Assembly: GCF_000315625.1 (NCBI RefSeq)
Contig: NW_005434399.1
Coordinates: 1-35,805 of the forward strand
Length of the DNA stretch: 35,805 bases
DNA from: Guillardia theta CCMP2712
Taxonomy: Eukaryota; Protista; Cryptophyta
Reading direction: 5' to 3'
Made by a program: the position numbers and the translations under genes. The notes under the pieces were generated by a model. That model was given only the letters and a program-made list of their open reading frames with translations, was not told the DNA's origin and did not search any database. This document shows positions 32,971-35,805 of the stretch, in pieces. The number at the start of each line of letters is the position of its first letter. The first letter of the stretch is position 1.

Positions 32971-34301
32971 AGTTGTCCTTACCCGAGCATGGCCGGTGTG
33001 GAGCACATCTCCCTCATGAGGTTGCAAACTCTTCGAAATTCTTCATCCTAGCACATCAGTTATCATCAAATCGATTGATCTTACTGTCAAGCTCACAGAA
33101 ACGCCTCCTCCCGCCCTTAAAAGCTCCTTCCTGCGTACTCTAGTCAATGATCCTCCTCCTCCTCCTCCTCCCCCGAACTTGTCCGGAACTTTCACGAGCT
33201 GCTTGTTCTTCTCAGCCGTTACAAACAAGGCTGCGAGAGGGAAGACAGGCCGCCCGAAGTCAGCGTCCTCGCGCTTTTCCTGCGGCAAGGAGCTCCAGAA
33301 CCTGCGGAGGAAGGAACGTCAACAGGAGGGAGGAGGGTATGCTTCACTCACTGTCTCTTGAAAACTTCGAGAGTCTGTCTCGCTGATCCTCGGATGGCCT
33401 TGCAGCTGAATTCATCGCACCTGCAACCCTCTCAATCTCACGCTCCTCCTCCTCCTCCTCCCCCTCCTCCTCCCCCTCCTCCTCCTCCTCCCTCCTCCTC
33501 CTCCTCCTCCCTCCTCCCTCCTCCTCCTCTTCCTCTTCCTCCTCCTCCTCCTCACAATTCCGAGATGGTCACGTCGCGTCGTATGCCCAGCATGCAGTGG
33601 GTGAAGGTGAGAGCCGCCACGTACTCTGACTCCTTGCATCCTGAGCTCTTAACCAGCACCTGCCGCTTCACAGGACGTTTGAGCAGACGAGCTGCGATCT
33701 CGACGCAGACCGAGGGGATGCACGTCTGAGTAGTCGTGCTCCCCCTCAAGCTCCCCGTATTCGCCTTGAGCCCGATGAAAGACTTTCGCAGCAGTTCGCG
33801 AGCCTTGTCACATACAGCCTCGTCCATGCTCGTCTTGCCGCAGATCCTCTCCAGCTCAGCAAAACCTTGTCTGCTCGCACTGAGTTGAGCCATGGCAACA
33901 GGCCCTCGTCGCGCAGACAATTCTCGCTGACCCTTCATGTGACGCTCCCTCTCGTCCCGCTCCTGCATTGCTTCTTCGGCAGCCCTTCGATCGCTGAAAC
34001 TGAGCTTGTGCTTGCGATTGTTGTCGATCATGTCACGATCATAAGAGTCAAGCTCGGGAATCTTCGCATAGTCTGCTGCTGTTTCAGCATCTAGAGCGAT
34101 CCCTTCTTCGTCTTCGTCGTCGTCATGATGTAGCTTAGCACGTTTGAGTCTGACGCCCTCTTCCTCTTCCTCCTCCTCCTCCTCATCATCATCATCATCA
34201 CCATAGTCTCTCCTCTTTATCTCCTTGTCTTCTCCTTCCCATCCTTCTCGCTCCTGCCCCTCGCCTCGCATCCTGCTTCGCACCGCACCCTCTCCCGCCA
34301 T
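31730..34301 (-). CDS. ORC6: Origin recognition complex subunit 6 with N-terminal MCM2-like histone-binding segment
   Basis: ORC6 TFIIB-like repeats: KARELLRKS...VCVEIAARLLKRPVKRQVLVKSSG...MLGIRRDVTISELCDEFSC and LPQEKREDADFGRPVFPLAAL. C-terminal YEEWKRQVL motif. Exons join in frame with GT-AG introns. Confidence 0.87.
32890..32968. repeat. (GGCA)n microsatellite in an ORC6 intron
   Basis: Directly visible. Confidence 0.9.
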
Positions 34302-34413
34302 TTTGCTACTCCCTAGCCCCGGGGCCCTCCGGCTGAATTGAGTTAAAACTGATCGAATTGACTAAAACTGTTACTGGAAGGGACAAGCACAGTAGGTTCA
34401 TGCTAGCACGGAG

Positions 34414-34547
34414 AGAGCAGAGCAGAGCAGAGCAGAGCAGAGCAGAGCAGAGCAGAGCAGAGCAGAGAGCAGAGCAGAGCAGAGCAGAGCAGAGCAGAGC
34501 AGAGCAGAGCAGAGCAGAGCAGAGCAGAGCAGAGCAGAGCAGAGCAG
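34414..34547. repeat. (GCAGA)n microsatellite
   Basis: Directly visible. Confidence 0.95.
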
Positions 34548-34733
34548 AAGGACTTTCACGAAGAAGTGAGCAGGAAGGGAGGAAAAAGAACAGGACAGGC
34601 GACCAGCAATCAGGTTCAAGGGAATGATTGTATCCGAGTGATTGTATCCGAGTGATTGTAGCTGGACGGGTCAAGGCAGAGGAGGAATGGAAGCTAACTA
34701 GTGCGATGATCGCATGTTATTGCAGGGAGGGAT

Positions 34734-35489
34734 ATGAATGCCAACGGCAATCCTGTCCTGTTGAAGCATGGATACCTCAAGGTGAAGAACCGCTAAGATG
34801 CTCCCGTCCTGACCCCTTGCAGAGGAAGACTGTGATCGGTTGGGAACGGAAGTATTTCCGCCTCCTGGAGGATGCGCTCTTCATGTTTGTATCGCACACC
34901 AACAACATCCCCCAGCAAGATGTTCGCTGACGCTCAGCCTCCGTGCTTGCTCTGAGCGCTCGGCAGGTGTCTCTGCTGGGAGGGAGTGTGGAAGATGTCT
35001 CGTGGAAGTTGAAGAAGAATTGTTGCATCCTCGTGCAGACAGAGAAAGACGGCAAGGTAGAAGGAGCCACTACCTGTGAGGGGAGGTGAAGGAGAATGGA
35101 GCAGATCTACCTCAACTGCGAGAACAACACTGAGTTCAAGGAGTGGTATGATGCTCTCTACTTTGCTACCACAGTCTCGAAGCTTGCCGAGTACTGCAGC
35201 CCGTAAGTTTCCTTCCTCTCCCTCTTCCTCTCCTTGTCTTCCTCTCCCTCTTCCTCTCCTTTTCTTCCTCTTCCCCTTCCCTCTTCCCCCTCTCTCGTTC
35301 ATTTCCCCCTCCTCTTTGTCTCCCCGGGCTTCCTCCTCCGTTCTGCTCCTCAAAGCCCTGGCAGCTTGACTGGCGGTTGGCTCTTCTACAAAAGCAAGCA
35401 AGCAAGGCAGAAGCCAATGTGGGCACGCAAGTGGTTTGTGATCGAAGACACATTCCTCGTCTGCTGTTAGTTTTTCTTCCTGCTCTCTT

Positions 35490-35550
<61 letters not shown>

Positions 35551-35805
35551 GCCTCCTGTTTACATCCTGAACAGACGAGAAGCGCGAAGATGCAAACCCG
35601 CTACTAAACTCTGGAGAAGATCTGAAGAAAGTGTTCGTGCTGCCTCTATCAGGAGCCGTGATTGCATACCACAAGACTGACAAGTACTACTCGTTCAGGT
35701 TTGTCCTCCTCCACCACTTCCTCCTCCACCACACCTCCTCCACCACCAACCACCACCGCCCCCCCCCCCCCCCCCCTCCCTCCCTCCCTCCTCCTCCGTC
35801 TCTCC
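34734..35805 (+). CDS. Tandem PH-domain protein (5' part; runs off the window)
   Basis: Spliced translation: LLKHGYLKRKTVIGWERKYFRLLEDALF...VSLLGGSV...IYLNCENNTEFKEWYDAL (PH1), then GWLFYK...WARKWFVIEDTFLVC...LPLSGAVI (PH2). Confidence 0.8.

Noticed and set aside
33945-34301. A full MCM2 gene
   Set aside because: No OB-fold, Zn finger or AAA+ sequence follows; the frame continues into ORC6.
1-35805. Many poly-L, poly-S, poly-P, poly-R, poly-E and poly-G ORFs in the track (e.g. 980-2101, 20040-21164, 34306-34674)
   Set aside because: They are read-throughs of microsatellite introns or antisense frames, not separate proteins.

Overview
This is eukaryotic nuclear DNA: gene-dense, intron-rich, with microsatellite-filled introns and two 100-N scaffold gaps. 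A bipartite plastid-targeting presequence points to an alga with a complex red plastid; a cryptophyte is my inference, not established. Most ORF-track entries are low-complexity artefacts. Manual GT-AG splicing gives about 13 genes. In order: a BIR-C2-GAF-like-HPP fusion (-), RPS16 (-), NADPH-cytochrome P450 reductase (+), a CPT1-type carnitine acyltransferase (+), two small membrane ORFs, RPP30 (-), a plastid-targeted class I/II aminotransferase (+), USE1 with a post-TM extension (-), an unknown membrane or secreted protein (-), mitochondrial uL4 (+), ORC6 with an N-terminal MCM2-like segment (-), and a tandem PH protein (+, truncated). The main candidates for novelty are four. (1) ORC6 carries an MCM2-type H3-H4-binding motif. 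(2) A single spliceable gene joins BIR, C2, an NLP-like GAF domain and an HPP nitrite-transporter-family domain. (3) The USE1 SNARE has a luminal Fn3-like domain. (4) RPS16 intron 1 is long and structured, with a candidate poison exon and a U1-like element. All family calls come from motif recognition by eye; no database searches were run.
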